A DNA stretch of 64,000 nt from Eledone cirrhosa (taxonomy: Eukaryota): NCBI GenBank assembly GCA_964016885.1, contig OZ024742.1, positions 38,316,001-38,380,000 on the forward strand, read 5' to 3'. Under the pieces are notes generated by a model. It saw only the letters and a program-made list of their open reading frames with translations. It was not told the DNA's origin and did no database searches. Positions 48,379-62,365 of the stretch are shown piece by piece. Made by a program: the position numbers and the translations under genes. Numbering within the stretch: the first letter of the stretch is position 1; every line of letters begins with the position of its first letter.

Positions 48379-50538
48379 TAAATGACAGCCATTTAAAACA
48401 CATAACAGATACCATTCTATCAACTTTTGTTATAGTATTATATACGAGTACGTTGAAGGAGTGTGGATAGGGTGACATGCTAGGTCCTTGAGCAAGGCCC
48501 TTCATTTCATGTCACTCCAGTTCACCTGTGTATTTTCAGTCAAAACCAATGAAACCAGGATAAGTGCCAGGCTTCACAATGATCTGCTTACTGTTAAAGA
48601 TATTATAAACATTTGAATTACATGATGTTAAGGGGTTATATTGCAAATTTTTACAACAATCTGTTCATTAGAAAAGATATTATAAAAATTTCAATTAAGA
48701 AACATATAAATATTTCCTGCTAAATCATTACAGGATGTTAACACATGAAAAAATGTGATTACACACATGTTTGTGTAACCTTCACACCACCAGATGTCTG
48801 TAATGTCTGTACCACTCTACAATATACTAAAATATCTCAACATTAGCAGGCCACCATATTTCATCTTAGGCTATAACACAAGTATTTGCTAAATTATTGT
48901 AAAGGCCCATGGCTTACTAGTTAGAGTGTTGGGTTTATGAATGTAAGGTCATAAGTTTTATTCTTGGACTAGGTGGTGCATTGCATCCTTGAGCAAGACA
49001 TTATATTTCACATCACTCCATTCCACTTAGGAATTTTCCAGGTGCAAACCTATTGTCAGTTATAACCATGGAAGAAGGGCTCAAGCCAAATCAATAATGA
49101 CAATGACAACAGCAATAGTAACAACATCAATGATGACAACAAAAACAGTAGCACTGATAACAACAATAACCTTAGCAGCAACTGAGGTATAAAGCATGCT
49201 GATTGAATCATAATACTTTAAATGCTTAAAGCAATCATTTGGTTGCTGAGTTCATAGAATGCATAGGAGACAGAGAGACTATAAAAGGACCAGCTATTGA
49301 AGTTGGCAGCTGTACAATCAAAAGTGCAATTAAGGATATATTTTTTTAGTGTTTAGTCAGAGAGAGAAGGGCAGTACCCATGATCTTTCATTTTATTCAA
49401 AACCTTCATGACTGGTGGGAAGAAGGGAAGAGGTTATCTTCAAAATGGAGTCATGGTTTGAATGCTGGCAACAGAGTGAATTCTGCAAAAGGCATCCTAA
49501 GACAAGATAGTAGTGTTCAACTGGGCAAGAACTCAGAACATAAAGTGATATGTTTATATATCATGCTCCAAACATTGGTACACATATGTTGTCTCTCTTC
49601 TATCTGCCTTTTCTACCTAATAGACCTCAGAGGTCATCTAAATTTATTTACACATGTTTGAACCATAACAACAACAAACCGAGGCAAAGAGAAAAAAACA
49701 AGGTTATACAACAAGCATTTTAAGGACCATTTTCCTTGCTAAAGCAGAAATATGCCTTGCAGGCCTCATTACAAGCTTCTTCATGGTTAAGACCTTACAA
49801 ATTATCTCCAGAATTGGTAAAATAATTTTCTGGAAAATGGAACTTATAATCATCCTTAAGTCTTTCAGAAAGTCCTAGAATTCTATTTACTAATTTTGTA
49901 ATCTGAGGCTAAGAGTGACTAGATACAAACATGCTGAAGCAACGACTATAACACAATAACAATTTACTTTGATCAGGTTCAAGATCAATTTTATAAGGAG
50001 ACAAGGAAGATATAGTGAATATCCTCAACCCTAGGTTGCAACTGGTATCACATTAAACACCAAAAAATGAAGGGGGGAAATCAACCCCCAGTTGAAAAAT
50101 ATATTCTCACATGATAAATTGAACAAATCATTCACAATGACAAATAATAGTGAAACATTGAAACTAAAGAGGTATTACTAGCAGGTGTAAAGTACCGAAT
50201 TTTGGTGTGATTACAGGTAAAGCAAACATGGAAGCAAGTAGGAGAGGGCTGGCATGTCACTGGCACAATGTAGGAATGTTAGAAATAAGGTGAAGAAAGA
50301 AGAGAAAGGATGTCGACTTGGATGGGTCAGACATGCAATGACCGTAGCCTCACTTACCGTTTTGTCCTTCCATTAATGCTGGGAGAAAGAGAATCATGCA
50401 AGTCAATATAGCAGTAGAATTGTGTATATGGTGTGTGTGTGTGTGTGTGTGTGTGTGTATTATATATCATGTTATCTGATGTATAAAACGTACCTTTTTA
50501 CCCCAAAATTTGCCTGCACTCTGTACACTGAAGCTATG

Positions 50539-50589
<51 letters not shown>

Positions 50590-50592
<3 letters not shown>

Positions 50593-50750
50593 TGAAATTC
50601 CGTTATAATGAAATTCACGGGGTATAAAAAAAATTGCAACAAAAAATTCTTTATAACAAGATCGACCGAAACAAATCGAGCGTTTGTTATTAACTAGGGG
50701 ATTGAAAAAATTTTGTTAAAATGGTATTCGTTATAACAAAATTTTACCTG
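50590..50750. mobile_element. pogo/Tigger-like MITE
   Basis: Imperfect TIRs CAGTGAAATTCCGTTATAATGAA / TTCGTTATAACAAAATTTTACCTG in a TA context. Confidence 0.6.
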
Positions 50751-50989
50751 TGTGTGTATGTGCATATATACATATATATATATACATACACACACATACT
50801 CACAATACACAAGCCATGTATATGTAGAGCTGAAAATTAATTTTTTTTTTCCCCTAAACCGTTTGTTCAAAATAAAGCTGTATCTCGTATCTAAAAACAC
50901 ATGGTATAAATATGTGTGTTTTTTTTAACTTATGTTCACTTTGCTATGCTAGCAAGGGTTGGATAATTTATTTTTCAGAACCTTGTTTT

Positions 50990-51780
50990 TACAGATTGGA
51001 AGAAAGTAGGGAGTATGGAACAGTATCAGGTAGCTAGAAGTGAAGTTAAACATCAAATTTGCATAGCTTGGAGAGACAGTCTTTCGATGTTTTGTGAAAA
51101 CAATATCACAAGTTTGAGTTGTTCAGGATTGGAAAGCAATGTGTCTGTATGAATCAAAATATCATTGGAGAAAAGTGTGTTCAGAAGACATTTTTCTCCA
51201 ATGTCAAGGAGACCATCTGAGAAGTAACCATGCTTAATATACAGAAAAGAAGTAGGTAGCAATTCATGCACAGTACCCAATGTAAACAATGAGGGCATAA
51301 AAGATAGTGGGATGAAAGGTAGACTGACAGAAAAAATATTTCTTATGTAGCAGATGTATTGAAGTAGTTAGCAGTAAGAGTACTCATGAAATATACTCTG
51401 CTTGCAATAAAGGGATTCTCTCACTGAGTGCAGGGTAGATTTAATGATGGGAAGAAGAGAATCATGTTTGATGTTGTTCAGTAGCAAAACATGTGGATTG
51501 AATACAGGGTATCATTGGAATGTGATGTAATGTGCAAGAGAAAAGACTGCTCTGGCATGGACATATGTGTATGGATGATTAAATTTGAGCAAAGAAGTAT
51601 CAAGTAATACAAATGGAAGAGTAAAACATGGCAGAAATAGTGAAAACTAATCTCAAAATGCTGAATTCCACAAAGGAGATGACGAGTGACCGATACAAAT
51701 GGAGAGATGCTGTGCTGAAAAAAACCTGTCCAACCCATGTAAGTATGGCAAAATGAACATAAAATAATGATGATGCTTTT
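50990..51780 (+). mobile_element. Heavily decayed RTE 3' fragment
   Basis: Residual similarity to the RTE C-terminal region (WHGHMC) and to the CCAACCCATG...GATGATG tail. Confidence 0.55.
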
Positions 51781-52383
51781 CAAACTATTAACCACTTAAT
51801 CATTAAGGAAAAAGTATTTATGTATGACAACAGGTTGTAGATATAGATGCAAACTGTCGAAAAGTAACATTGTCTGTCTCTCTCTCTCTCACACACACAC
51901 ACATATGCACAGTATTTATGTTTTTAGACATAAGACAGTTTAGTAAAAGTTTATAATTGAAGTGTGCAGAATCTGTTATTGTAATTTGAAAGGTGGATGT
52001 GTAAGGAGGCAACAACTGCAACCTTATACAACGCCAGCTAAGCCTGCATGTGTGAGCTGTAACACCATGAGAAGACTGGAGTCCCTATCATTAAAACATC
52101 CAAGAAAACTACAAGGCACAACTACATAGAAGCCAACAAAACCTAAATAGGAGTGTGCTGTAAATTTCACTTCAACAACATAGTAGCTTAAAGTATTTTC
52201 TCAATGAATTTATAAATTTACAACTATGATAACAGCCCTATTGCTTTGGTGCTACTCACTCAGTCAAGAGAGATGAAGTGCAGGTTTAGTGACACCAGCA
52301 TTAGTAATCTTAATGCCTGTTAATTAGGGATCAAAAGCCAGAACTCCAAACAAGAAAATAACAACAAAATTCAGTAAACTTAC

Positions 52384-52447
52384 CAAGGTCCTTCAGTAGC
52401 CACGGCAGCAGATACCATATCGCTCTCAGACTCCACACGAATTTCGC
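52384..52447 (-). CDS. UQCRC2: UQCRC2 exon (64 nt; EIRVESESDMVSAAVATEGP)
   Basis: TAG/GTAAGT boundaries. GGEIR motif spans the junction. Confidence 0.93.
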
Positions 52448-53714
52448 CTATTTTCAGGAAGTAAAAAAACTCTCTAGTTAGTTGGTGTATCTCAAACAAC
52501 AGCAACATTATTATTACTTCTATTTCTTCTGCTGGTATCCAGATTGCTAGATATCACGCTGTCTTGCAGCCTTAAGTATCTATTTAATGCATTTTCATTT
52601 CTTATACGAAGGTCAGGTTTTGGCCCCAAAATTCAATCACACTATTGGGCAGTCATATCAAACCCTTGTGGTCAATGTTGGCCAGTATGGGAACTCCTGG
52701 GCTAAAGGAAAAACAGGTTCCATTCCTACTTAACATTTGAATGATTAACAGCTAGGAAGGTATGAAACTGTAAAAATAATTACTTCAACAAATATACTAT
52801 CTCAGCTATGGAAACATAGAGAAAGGGATGTAAATTATCATAAGAAATTCTCGGGAGAGCTGGACAGCAGGTCTTCAGAGAAGAAACCCTCCTCAAGCAG
52901 GTGTTTTGGCCCTTAACTTCTGAGAGTTTCTTACCAGTCTGGACAAAGGGATGTAAACCAGAGAAGGAAATAGAAAACAACAAAAACTGAAGAATAAAGA
53001 TGAGTTTAAAATATAACACTATGGTGTCAGTAAGGTCCCCTAGCCACAGAAAACTTGCCTCAAAAGTCTCACCCAACCCATTCAAGCATGGGTAAAATCA
53101 TGTAAAAATGAAGAAAATTATGTATCATGTCTAACAATTTAAACTTTACTTGGCCATTATTCTCTATCTCTTGTGTAAAGGACACAAATTGTCTAAGTTT
53201 GTTTTGGTGTCAACTAGTTACATTCTACATATATTTCATATTTGAAATAAGAATAAAAGGATATTCAGCAATAACCCATGCTTTCAGTTATACCAATCTA
53301 CAAAAAACACACATACAGAAAGCAATGTCAATATTGACTACAGCAGGGTCTAAATTTAAGTATGTACTTTCCTATGGGTCAAAAGTGAGAAAGTATGTTA
53401 TTAATATGAATTATAAAATAAAATTTCAGAATGTTTTCGTGAGTGTTGCATCCATGTGATAGATGGGGAAAATTCCAGTACAATTGTTGTCATAGAGACT
53501 AGCTGACACTAGGGAAATTCCACAGTTTAATTAGAAACAGCCACCACTGCCCTCTATCTCTCTCACTCACCATCCATTTTCAATAAATGGGATTGAAAAA
53601 AATGTTCTACAGTGCAGCTACCACTACCCTCTCTCTTTCACACATTCCCGTTTTCAGCATGACAGACATTTTACATAAAATATGCAACAGCTTTAATATA
53701 GTAGATTTACTTAC

Positions 53715-53865
53715 CGCCACAGTATTTTGCTTTTACATCTTCAACACTAGACAAGGGACTGCACTGAAACTGACTGACCAAGTCTTCAAGATGTTCATGG
53801 TCAACTCCAATGCCAACAACTGCAATACGGTCAGCTGTGTAGTGATCAGCTACATACTGATGCAA
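53715..53865 (-). CDS. UQCRC2: UQCRC2 exon (151 nt; LHQYVADHYTADRIAVVGIGVDH...AKYCG)
   Basis: CAG/GTAAGT boundaries and homology. Confidence 0.95.
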
Positions 53866-55602
53866 CTGGTTAACAAACAGGAAAAGAAAAATGAATGCTT
53901 CTGCAAATAAGGATGTGCATGCCCTAGTGGTTAGTGTATTGGACTCACAATCATAAGGTTGTTTGATTTGATCTCTGGACCAGGTAGTGCATTGTGTTCT
54001 TGAACAAGACACTTCATTTTACATTGCTTTTCATAATTTACCTTTTGATGGCCATATTTCTAATGAAATACTCTAATTAAATCAATTAATGAACAATTTC
54101 GAGGGATTTACATTAATGAAATAGTAACTTAACATATGGTTCTTATATGAAATTAAGTGGCACTGTTTCATAGAACCAGAACTGGTTTTAGCTGATTCAG
54201 TGTAAAATGGGTTAAAATGCTCGAGAAATCTACGTGATGCAATATCAACAGCCCTATACACCACAGTTGACCATATGGACTAGCAACATTGCCAATATCG
54301 TCACCATCATCACTACCACCAGACAAGATAGAGTGTACAAAATGATTGTTGATAAGAACTTAAGAATGACATATCTTCTATGGGTCACATCCAGGTGTTG
54401 GTTAAGTTACCTTTGTTAGGCAGATCTATTAAAGCAGTGCTGGAGTGAGCAACATTAATAATACTATCACCAGAGCAGCACTAGCTACATGAAAGTTAAC
54501 AACTGTACCTTCAGGAAATAATAGCTAAACTACTCAACTATGACGTGGAAATGGAACACCAGCTGTCAGTCAGGTAAACTAAAGTGATCAGGAAGGAGGA
54601 CAACAAATTGGCTGTATATAATAAGCTTTAAATTACTGCTTAATTAACCTTGCAGTCATTTGTATTTTTTTTTTTTTTTACATTTTTCACTATGTCAGTT
54701 TCAGTGGAATGAATTTAGGGAATTTCAACAAGTGAATGAACACACTTTCAATTCCCTGTGTCAGATAAAGCAGGGCTGTTTCTGTCTATTCTTAAATACT
54801 TTAAGAGGCAAGCAATAAAAATGTTTTGTTCAGGACTGCAACAATGGCTTCATCAAGATTGCAAATAATAGACTTGTGATCATTATTCCTTTATTTTAAC
54901 CATAATCAAATGCCTTGTTGAGTTATAATCCCTTCCATTACCAACCCATCAAAAACCTACAATGAAATCACTCATCATAAAAAGTTCATAAAAAAATTAA
55001 AAGAAAGTCCAAAATCTAACTATCCAGTACACTCTGTAAAGTGGTAATGCTGATGCCACAATAAAATACACCCAGAACACTCTGTAAAGGAGCCATCATA
55101 CAATATACCCAGTACACATTACAGGGGTAGTGCTAGTGCCACAATAAAATTTAGGGACTAGTTTTTTTCCCCCTTTCAAAATTGAATTAGCCCTTTTATT
55201 TCCATATTTCTAATGAAAGATACTGCTTATAATTTTCAAAATGATTTGAAAATTATGAATTTTGTGGGATTTAGTAATTTGGAGTATTACTTAAAGATTC
55301 TTATATAGACTTATAGTGGAAGGTTTTTAGACAAATATAAACACCTTTATATCATAGAACCAGGGCTGTTTTCTGCAGTTTGGTAAGCAAAAGGGTTGAA
55401 ACAGATAGGCAATATAAATCTTGTCTTGTTATAAATATGGTAAAAAAAAGGGTTAAACACATAGGCAGCTTAGTCTTGTTAGATATGTGGTCACAAAAGG
55501 ATTAATGGTTAAAACCCTCCCATCATTAAGAAAGCAACAAAACAGATACAATCACATATTCAATAGAATGTGAAGAGAAAGTACTAAAAGATAAAAACTT
55601 AC

Positions 55603-55700
55603 GAGATCAGAAGAGAACTTGTCAATCATGCTGTCAGATGCGTAAATGGAGTTTCCTAAGGTACCTCTAAAAGCTGCATAGTGGAGTAACTCAAACACCT
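55603..55700 (-). CDS. UQCRC2: UQCRC2 exon (98 nt; VFELLHYAAFRGTLGNSIY...SDL)
   Basis: CAG/GTAAGT boundaries. ExLHxAA..LxNS motif. Confidence 0.95.
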
Positions 55701-55865
55701 CTGTAATTAAAGAGAGAGACTTGCTTAATGTTAAACTATCAAAGTAGAACCTCAGCTTGGCCACAAGCAATCACTGAAATTAGTATTAAAAAAAAAGAAA
55801 AAAGAAATTAGATCAGTTTGTTTTGAGTAGACTATATATTTGGAGCAACCATTTCCATCAATTTG

Positions 55866-56690
55866 CTGCTGCCACAATAAAATGCACTCAGTACATGCTA
55901 TAAAGTGGTTGTGCTGCTGACACAATAAAATGAATCCAGTAATACTAGTGCCATGCTAAAATGTCCTTTATACATGCTATAAAGTGGTATTGCTGATGCC
56001 ATGATAAAATGTCCCTTATACATGCTATAAAGTGGTAGTGTTAGTGCCATGATAAAATGTCCCTTATACATGCTATAAAGTAGTAGTGTTAGTGCCTTGA
56101 TAAAATGTCCCTTATACATGCTATAAAGTAGTAGTGTTAGTGCCTTGATAAAATGTCCCTTATACATGCTATAAAGTGGTATTGCTGATGCCATGATAAA
56201 ATGCCCATTATACATGCTATAAAGTGGCAGTGCTGGTGCAATGATAAAATACCCACAGTATATTCTACAAAGTGCTAGTGCTGGTGCCATAATAAAATGT
56301 ACTTGGAACATGCTAAAAATGATAATGCTGGTGCCATGATAAAACACACCCAGTACACTCTGCAAAGTGGTAGTGATGGTATAACAATAAAATGCACCCA
56401 GTATACTCTGTAAAGTGGTAGTGTTGGTGTGTAATACATAGTGTACTCTTCAAAGTGATAGTGCTGGTGTCACAATAAATGCACCTAAGTGATAGTGCTG
56501 GAGCCATGATAAAATGCACCCAGTACACTATGCAAAGTGGTTGGCATTAGGAAGGGCAGCCAGCCATAGAAACCATGCCAAAATATGAAATGTATGAGCA
56601 AGGTGTAGTTCTCTGACCTGTCTAGTATTGGAACACGACAAGCCATCCAACCCATGTGGCTTGGAAAGTGGACATATGATGATGATACCA
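55866..56690 (+). repeat. 48-bp minisatellite amplified from a SINE/RTE-tail segment and ending in a normal (GAT)n tail
   Basis: Unit GCCATGATAAAATGTCCCTTATACATGCTATAAAGTGGTAGTGTTAGT, about 13 copies, then ...GGAAGGGCAGCCAGCCATAGAAACC...GATGATGAT. Confidence 0.85.
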
Positions 56691-56974
56691 AGTCAGGTAA
56701 TTAGACTAATTAACAATCTCTTATACTAATCCACTGCTCAAAATATATATAGGCACAGGCATGGATGAATGGTAAATAAGTTCACTTTGTAATATGGCTT
56801 GGGGTTTAGTCCCACTTTATGTCATCTTAAGCAAGTATCTAATATACCTCAGATTGGTGTATGACTTGTAAGTGAAATTTGGTAGAGGGAAACTGTGTAG
56901 AAGTGGGTATTGTCTGTATGTGTGTGTGTATATATATATATATTTATACACATTTATGTATTTGTGTATATGTA

Positions 56975-57541
56975 CACAGCTGTGTAAAAAAGTGCAGGGC
57001 GATCAAAATTGATGGAAGTTACGGAGTAGGCAGACCCAGAAAAACCTGGGACGACTTGATAAATTCCGACCTTACACACACCTCTCTAAGACAATGTCAC
57101 TGGACCGAGATCTTTGGCACTACGCAGTTATACAGAAGACCCGCCTTGCCTAAGTACAAAGCGAAACCTACAGTCAGTAGGCACCGCTTAATCAAATATA
57201 TACTCCCATCCCACTACATCCACTCCTCCACCCCCTTCTCTGTAATGTTATGTTGGTACCACAACATCCAGTCCTAAATAAATGAGGTTGTGTAGGTGTG
57301 ACGACAAAAGAATACACAGTCCACGCTGTAATGTGGCCGTGTAGGTAACACAGTAAAAACCTCCCAGTCCACACTCTAAACGTGGTTGGTGTCAGGAAGG
57401 GCATCCAGCCGTAGAAAACCTGCCAGACAGTCTTATACGAGCAAGATGACCAATCTTGCCTCAAGTGAGACAATTCCCATCTAAACCCATGCTAGCGTGG
57501 AAGATGGACGTTAAACGTTGATGATGATGATGATGATGATG
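56975..57541 (+). mobile_element. 5'-truncated RTE 3' end (same family as 25.6-29.4 kb)
   Basis: SCVKKCRAIKIDGSYGVGRPRKTWDDLINSDL, then the 3' UTR and (GAT)n tail. Confidence 0.92.
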
Positions 57542-58045
57542 TACACACTGTAAAGTAGTTGGCAACTGAATTGAGACAATGCAGGGTAGAGAAAACTCTT
57601 CAGACTTGCAAAGTACATGACAATCTCTCTAGTGCTGATACCTCAATAAATTACTCCCAGTACCCTCTGCAGAGTAGTTGGGATTAGGAACGGTGTCCAG
57701 TCATAGAAAACATGTCGAAATATAGTAAGGCATGCAGCTGAACTGTCATCTTGAACCTAACTTGTCCAGCCCATGCCAGTATGAAAAGCAAACATAAAAT
57801 GATGATATATGTGTCTGTTTGTACCTGTGTTTGTTTATACCCCATAGCAGTTCAACGAATGGGGGGGGGGGGGGGTTCAATAAAATAAGTACCAGGCTTT
57901 AAAAAAAAAAGCCCTGGGGTTGAATGATTAATTAAATCTCTTTAAGACTGTACCCCAGCATGACCACAGTCCAATGAATGGAATTAGTAAAAAAGTTTGT
58001 AATAACAAAGACAAGTGATTAGACCAATTATTATATTGTACTTAC

Positions 58046-58170
58046 GAAGAGGAGCTTGTGTCTTCAGGATAGCTTTGTCAAGTTTCAGAGTAGGAGTTAT
58101 ATCTTTTATCTCCCATGGCTTGAATGCTGGCATAGTCACTGTTTTCTTCAACAACCCCATCACATTATCA
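58046..58170 (-). CDS. UQCRC2: UQCRC2 exon (125 nt; DNVMGLLKKTVTMPAFKPWEI...APL)
   Basis: TAG/GTAAGT boundaries. PxFxxWE motif. Confidence 0.95.
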
Positions 58171-60054
58171 CTAAAACCAAGAAAATAATTCAAGTATTAG
58201 AAACATGGGTGATTTCTAAAGGAGTTTTTTTTTTATATAAGGAATCACAGTAGTTTGTGTTTCATCTGAAGTATTGGTAATAATTGTTTCTAACATAGGC
58301 ACAAAACAGGTACTTTATTTTACTGATCCAGGAAGTTGTTCTCGGCAGGATTTGAACACAAAATGTAAAGAGCTAGAAAAAATACCATAAACCACGATGA
58401 CATAATAAAAACCCACCACTCTTTGGACACTACACAAATATTATGAAGAGCACTATTAATACAAAAGAAATAACACTACAAAAAAAAAACACTGCACATA
58501 CTCAAGACACAAGAGCTGTGCTTGGTAATGCAGAAAGAACATGCAATAAAAGCAAAAATAATAATAGTAAACCTTCAAATATTTACCAAAATAGAACACA
58601 AAATTCAAATACAACAAGCATTTTAAAACTATTTTCCCTGCTAAAGCAGGAAATTTCCGCATGCATGCCCCATGACAAGCTTCTCCACTTTGTCCTATTG
58701 TCTGTATCCCTCCTCACCAAACCCCTGGCTTTCATTTCCTCTTCCATCATTTTTAGTCACACCTTTCTGAATTCAAATAAATAGAATGAGGTTTTGATTA
58801 GATACAACCTTATTATATTACAGGTATTTTATAACATGTCCTAGTGGTTAGGATAGTGGATTCTCAATAATAGGGTCATAGGTTCAATTCCTGGACACTT
58901 CATTTCATATTGCTTTTCATGAAAGGATAGGGGTCTGCTATCATTAAAACATCTAAGAACCTCATATGAGGGCAGCTAAATTTACATAAGCATAGGCTGT
59001 AACAATAACAGGATAGGACTGGGGCTTATCATTAAAAGATCCAAGAAACTTCCAATGAGATGTAACATCATATAAAGCCAGCTAAACTTACACATGAAGA
59101 CATTGGTCTGTGAGTCCTTAAAATGATCAAGATAACCAAAGATATTAGTTCTCTCTTGAAGTAGTCTTCAGCAATCTAAAGTCTTAGCCCTCAGAGACTT
59201 CAACTATTTTCTGAGTTTTGATGGACCTAAAAATAATGCCCCCAGTCCCTAGGGACATATTAGGCAAATATTTCTACATTTTAAGTAAAAATAATATTAT
59301 AGAGACTCAACTAGAATAAAGGTCAGCATATTGTAAAAAGAAAAAGAGCTAATCATTAGATCAGACCTAGGAAACAATTTTTCTACAAAGATGACAAAGG
59401 AATGCAACAAATGGAAAGAAACTGTACTGGAAAAGATTCACCCAGCCTAACCAAACATTGATAAACAGTTGTAAAATGAGGATGTTCCCTATGAGGCTTT
59501 CCTTTAGCTACTCATGTGGATAAAACAGATTTTGGGGTATTTTTTAAATGCCAAAATATAAAGAAGCCATTGCAAGAGAGAAAGCTATCAGCTAACTTAA
59601 CTGACCATAACCACATAATTTTTAACTTTGTCAATATCAACCAACCTGAGACTGCCTTTGGTTCTGATATTCAAAAAGAAAGAAAATGTTTGCATTGGTA
59701 TTTTCACTGCTGATACCTATCTGCTGGTTGCAGCTATTGGCAGGAGGAGACAGAATTTCAACTAGTAACACACATAGCAAGATCAGATACTGCAAAGCAT
59801 ACTGTCCAACTCTCTAACAATTCTGCCAATCTATTGCTCATGGATTGGTACTTTAGTTATCCAGCCCTAGGATGGCAAGAAAAATTGACTTCAACAGGAT
59901 TTGAACTCAGAGAACACAAAGCTGGAATAAATACAGAGACATTTAATCCAACACTCTAACGACTCTGCCAATTTGGTACCTAGATATATTGTAGTTTTTG
60001 ATGAAAAGGATCAGTGAAAAAGTTGAAGTGAAACATAGGTAGTGATATACTTAC

Positions 60055-60111
60055 AGTTCATCACGTAAACAATCAATTTGGTAAGTGATAAATTCCCGTG
60101 AAGTTGAACAG
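60055..60111 (-). CDS. UQCRC2: UQCRC2 exon (57 nt; CSTSREFITYQIDCLRDEL)
   Basis: CAG/GTAAGT boundaries. RE...Y...CLR motif. Confidence 0.93.
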
Positions 60112-61520
60112 CTGAAATACAGAAGAAAAGAGACTACAGTGAACAAATTTAGTGATAGAATAGCTATTAGGATCTAAACTACCATTATCATTATTATTAT
60201 TATTATTATTATGATGATCCTGCATTAACAAGACATTCTTGAAAAGTACAGAACAGCACTATGATTACATCACATTAACCAATTAGATACAAAATTACCT
60301 AAAACCAGCCCTAGATCTAAAAAACAAAATCGTTTTTAAATGTGTATATTTATCTAAAACTCTTCCATCACTACTTCATTTAAGAACCTTTATGTTATAT
60401 TCCAAACATCAGCTAAATAAAGAGAAAGTTATATTACTAAATCCCTCAAAATTATTTGAAAATCATAGAGTGTTTTTAATTAAAAATATGATAATAAAAG
60501 GGTTCAAAATTTAATAGAGCAAATGTTTACAATAATTTGTTCACTAGTAAAGATACTAAAAAACGTCTGAATTAACAAAGCCATTTTTAGCTATTTTCTG
60601 ATAAACTATTGTAGAATGTTAAGAGTTAACCTTTGTTGATCATCAAACCCTGACCTTTTTTCATCACAATTCTCTCTGCTATTTTTTATCCCCAACCACA
60701 TCACACTCTTTTCACAATTTTATAACAGGAATCTCAACATTATCATTAGTTTATAAACAACATAATTATCCTCTTTCATCCCATTCACAGTCCAATTTTA
60801 TTATCTCATCATCATCAGCTTATTATTTAATAACGCCAAAAAATATTTATGCACTTAGAACATCATTAGTCCTACTCAGAGCCAGCACCTGAGTATTTAG
60901 CACCCTATGCTAGCTCTACAATGTGCAACCCATTCTCCCAAATAAAATGTAACTCATAGTTTGGTGAGCTGACGAACCTAGTTTTTGACACTTCTTGTTT
61001 TGACTACACTAAGAAAATTACGAAGCCTGTATTTTCCACTACATACTCCACACTTACCTATGACAAAGATATTTAGTTATTTATTTATTGATTGCAGGAA
61101 ATTATCACATATTTAATTCATATACCTGCTTAATCAGGGCTGACCTGGAGCTAACAACTGGGAGTAAATATTTTTCTGTGCACTAAAGTATTTGATTTCT
61201 TTACCATTTTCAATCTTATGTAATTACTTCCTATTGTCTATTTTACCTCCAGATTAAAACAACATACAATACAAAACTTTCCATCAATCTCAATGCAGTT
61301 TGTACCTGATGATGATGATCTAGTTAAAATTTGAGACAGTAGTTTAGTTAAAAAATATTATCTGTATATGCATAAATGTTTGTGTGTATATAGGAATTAC
61401 TGAGCTAAAGAAAATATTTAGTTCAAGGTGCAAACCATCTCGTATAAGTTACCCTGATGAATCAGTTGTAAAGCTGATAGAAGGGTAAAGGTGAAAATTG
61501 AAGACAAAGCTCAAACTTAC

Positions 61521-61585
61521 GTATAATTGGCACCAGATTGCTGAATAGTCCTGGTCAGGCCAAATGCTGTGCTCTCCTTTGTTGC
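61521..61585 (-). CDS. UQCRC2: UQCRC2 exon (65 nt; ATKESTAFGLTRTIQQSGANY)
   Basis: CAG/GTAAGT boundaries and frame continuity. Confidence 0.93.
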
Positions 61586-62215
61586 CTGACAAAGAGAAAA
61601 AAAAGAACATGATGAAGAATATGCTTCAAACAAACTATCATAGATCAGCAATATTTCTCAACTACTTCATAGTGTGGTTAGGTGTGGAAGGTTATAGCAT
61701 CACATCATCAATTGTGTAAGACACTAACCTGGACGGGATGCCAGTTTGTTGCATGGATGATGCTGGTTGTCATTTTCTTCATCTGAGTGGACTGGAGCAA
61801 CCTAAAATGATGTGTTTGCCTCAAGAAGACATCACACAGCTCAGTCCATGAATCAAATATGACCTTACTGAGAGTATAACATTAACTTGGATAGGACACC
61901 AATCTAACGTAAGGTTAACCTTTACTTGAAGATGGTACTCAATTTTTTCATCTGGATGGATTGAAGCAATGTGAAATGAAGTGTCCTGCTTAAGAATACA
62001 ACACACTGTCCAAATAAATGGACTGGAACAAGATGTAATGTGTCTTGCTCAAGATCAAGATGTGCCACCAGTACAAGAGTCAAATTCACCACCTTATCAT
62101 TGTGAGTTTAACACCCTAACCACTTTGCCATGCACCATCACAATAGAATAAATAGCACAACACCATACACCACACTGTAGGAAATAGGATAAAAAAGCTT
62201 TAGAAAGCTACTTAC

Positions 62216-62365
62216 CATTCCAGCCATATTTCTCAAGAGATGACCAATTCCTAAGTGTTCTCCTGATTCATACCTGGAGCCAGCTTTAACCACAATGGAC
62301 ACATTAGATATGGGAGAATAATTCTCCATAGAGGCTACAGCTATACCATTTTGTAACTTAGATAT
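62216..62365 (-). CDS. UQCRC2: UQCRC2 exon (150 nt; ISKLQNGIAVASMENYSP...KAGSRYE...HLLRNMAGM)
   Basis: M16 N-terminal signature AGSRYE. HLLRN replaces HxxEH, as in non-catalytic core 2. Confidence 0.97.

Noticed and set aside
61449-61488. SECIS element
   Set aside because: Helix II is too short, and the motif is not in the 3' UTR of a UGA-containing gene.
62216-62365. Mitochondrial processing peptidase beta or UQCRC1 identity for the M16 gene
   Set aside because: It lacks HxxEH (HLLRN instead), and the C-terminus and exon sizes fit UQCRC2.
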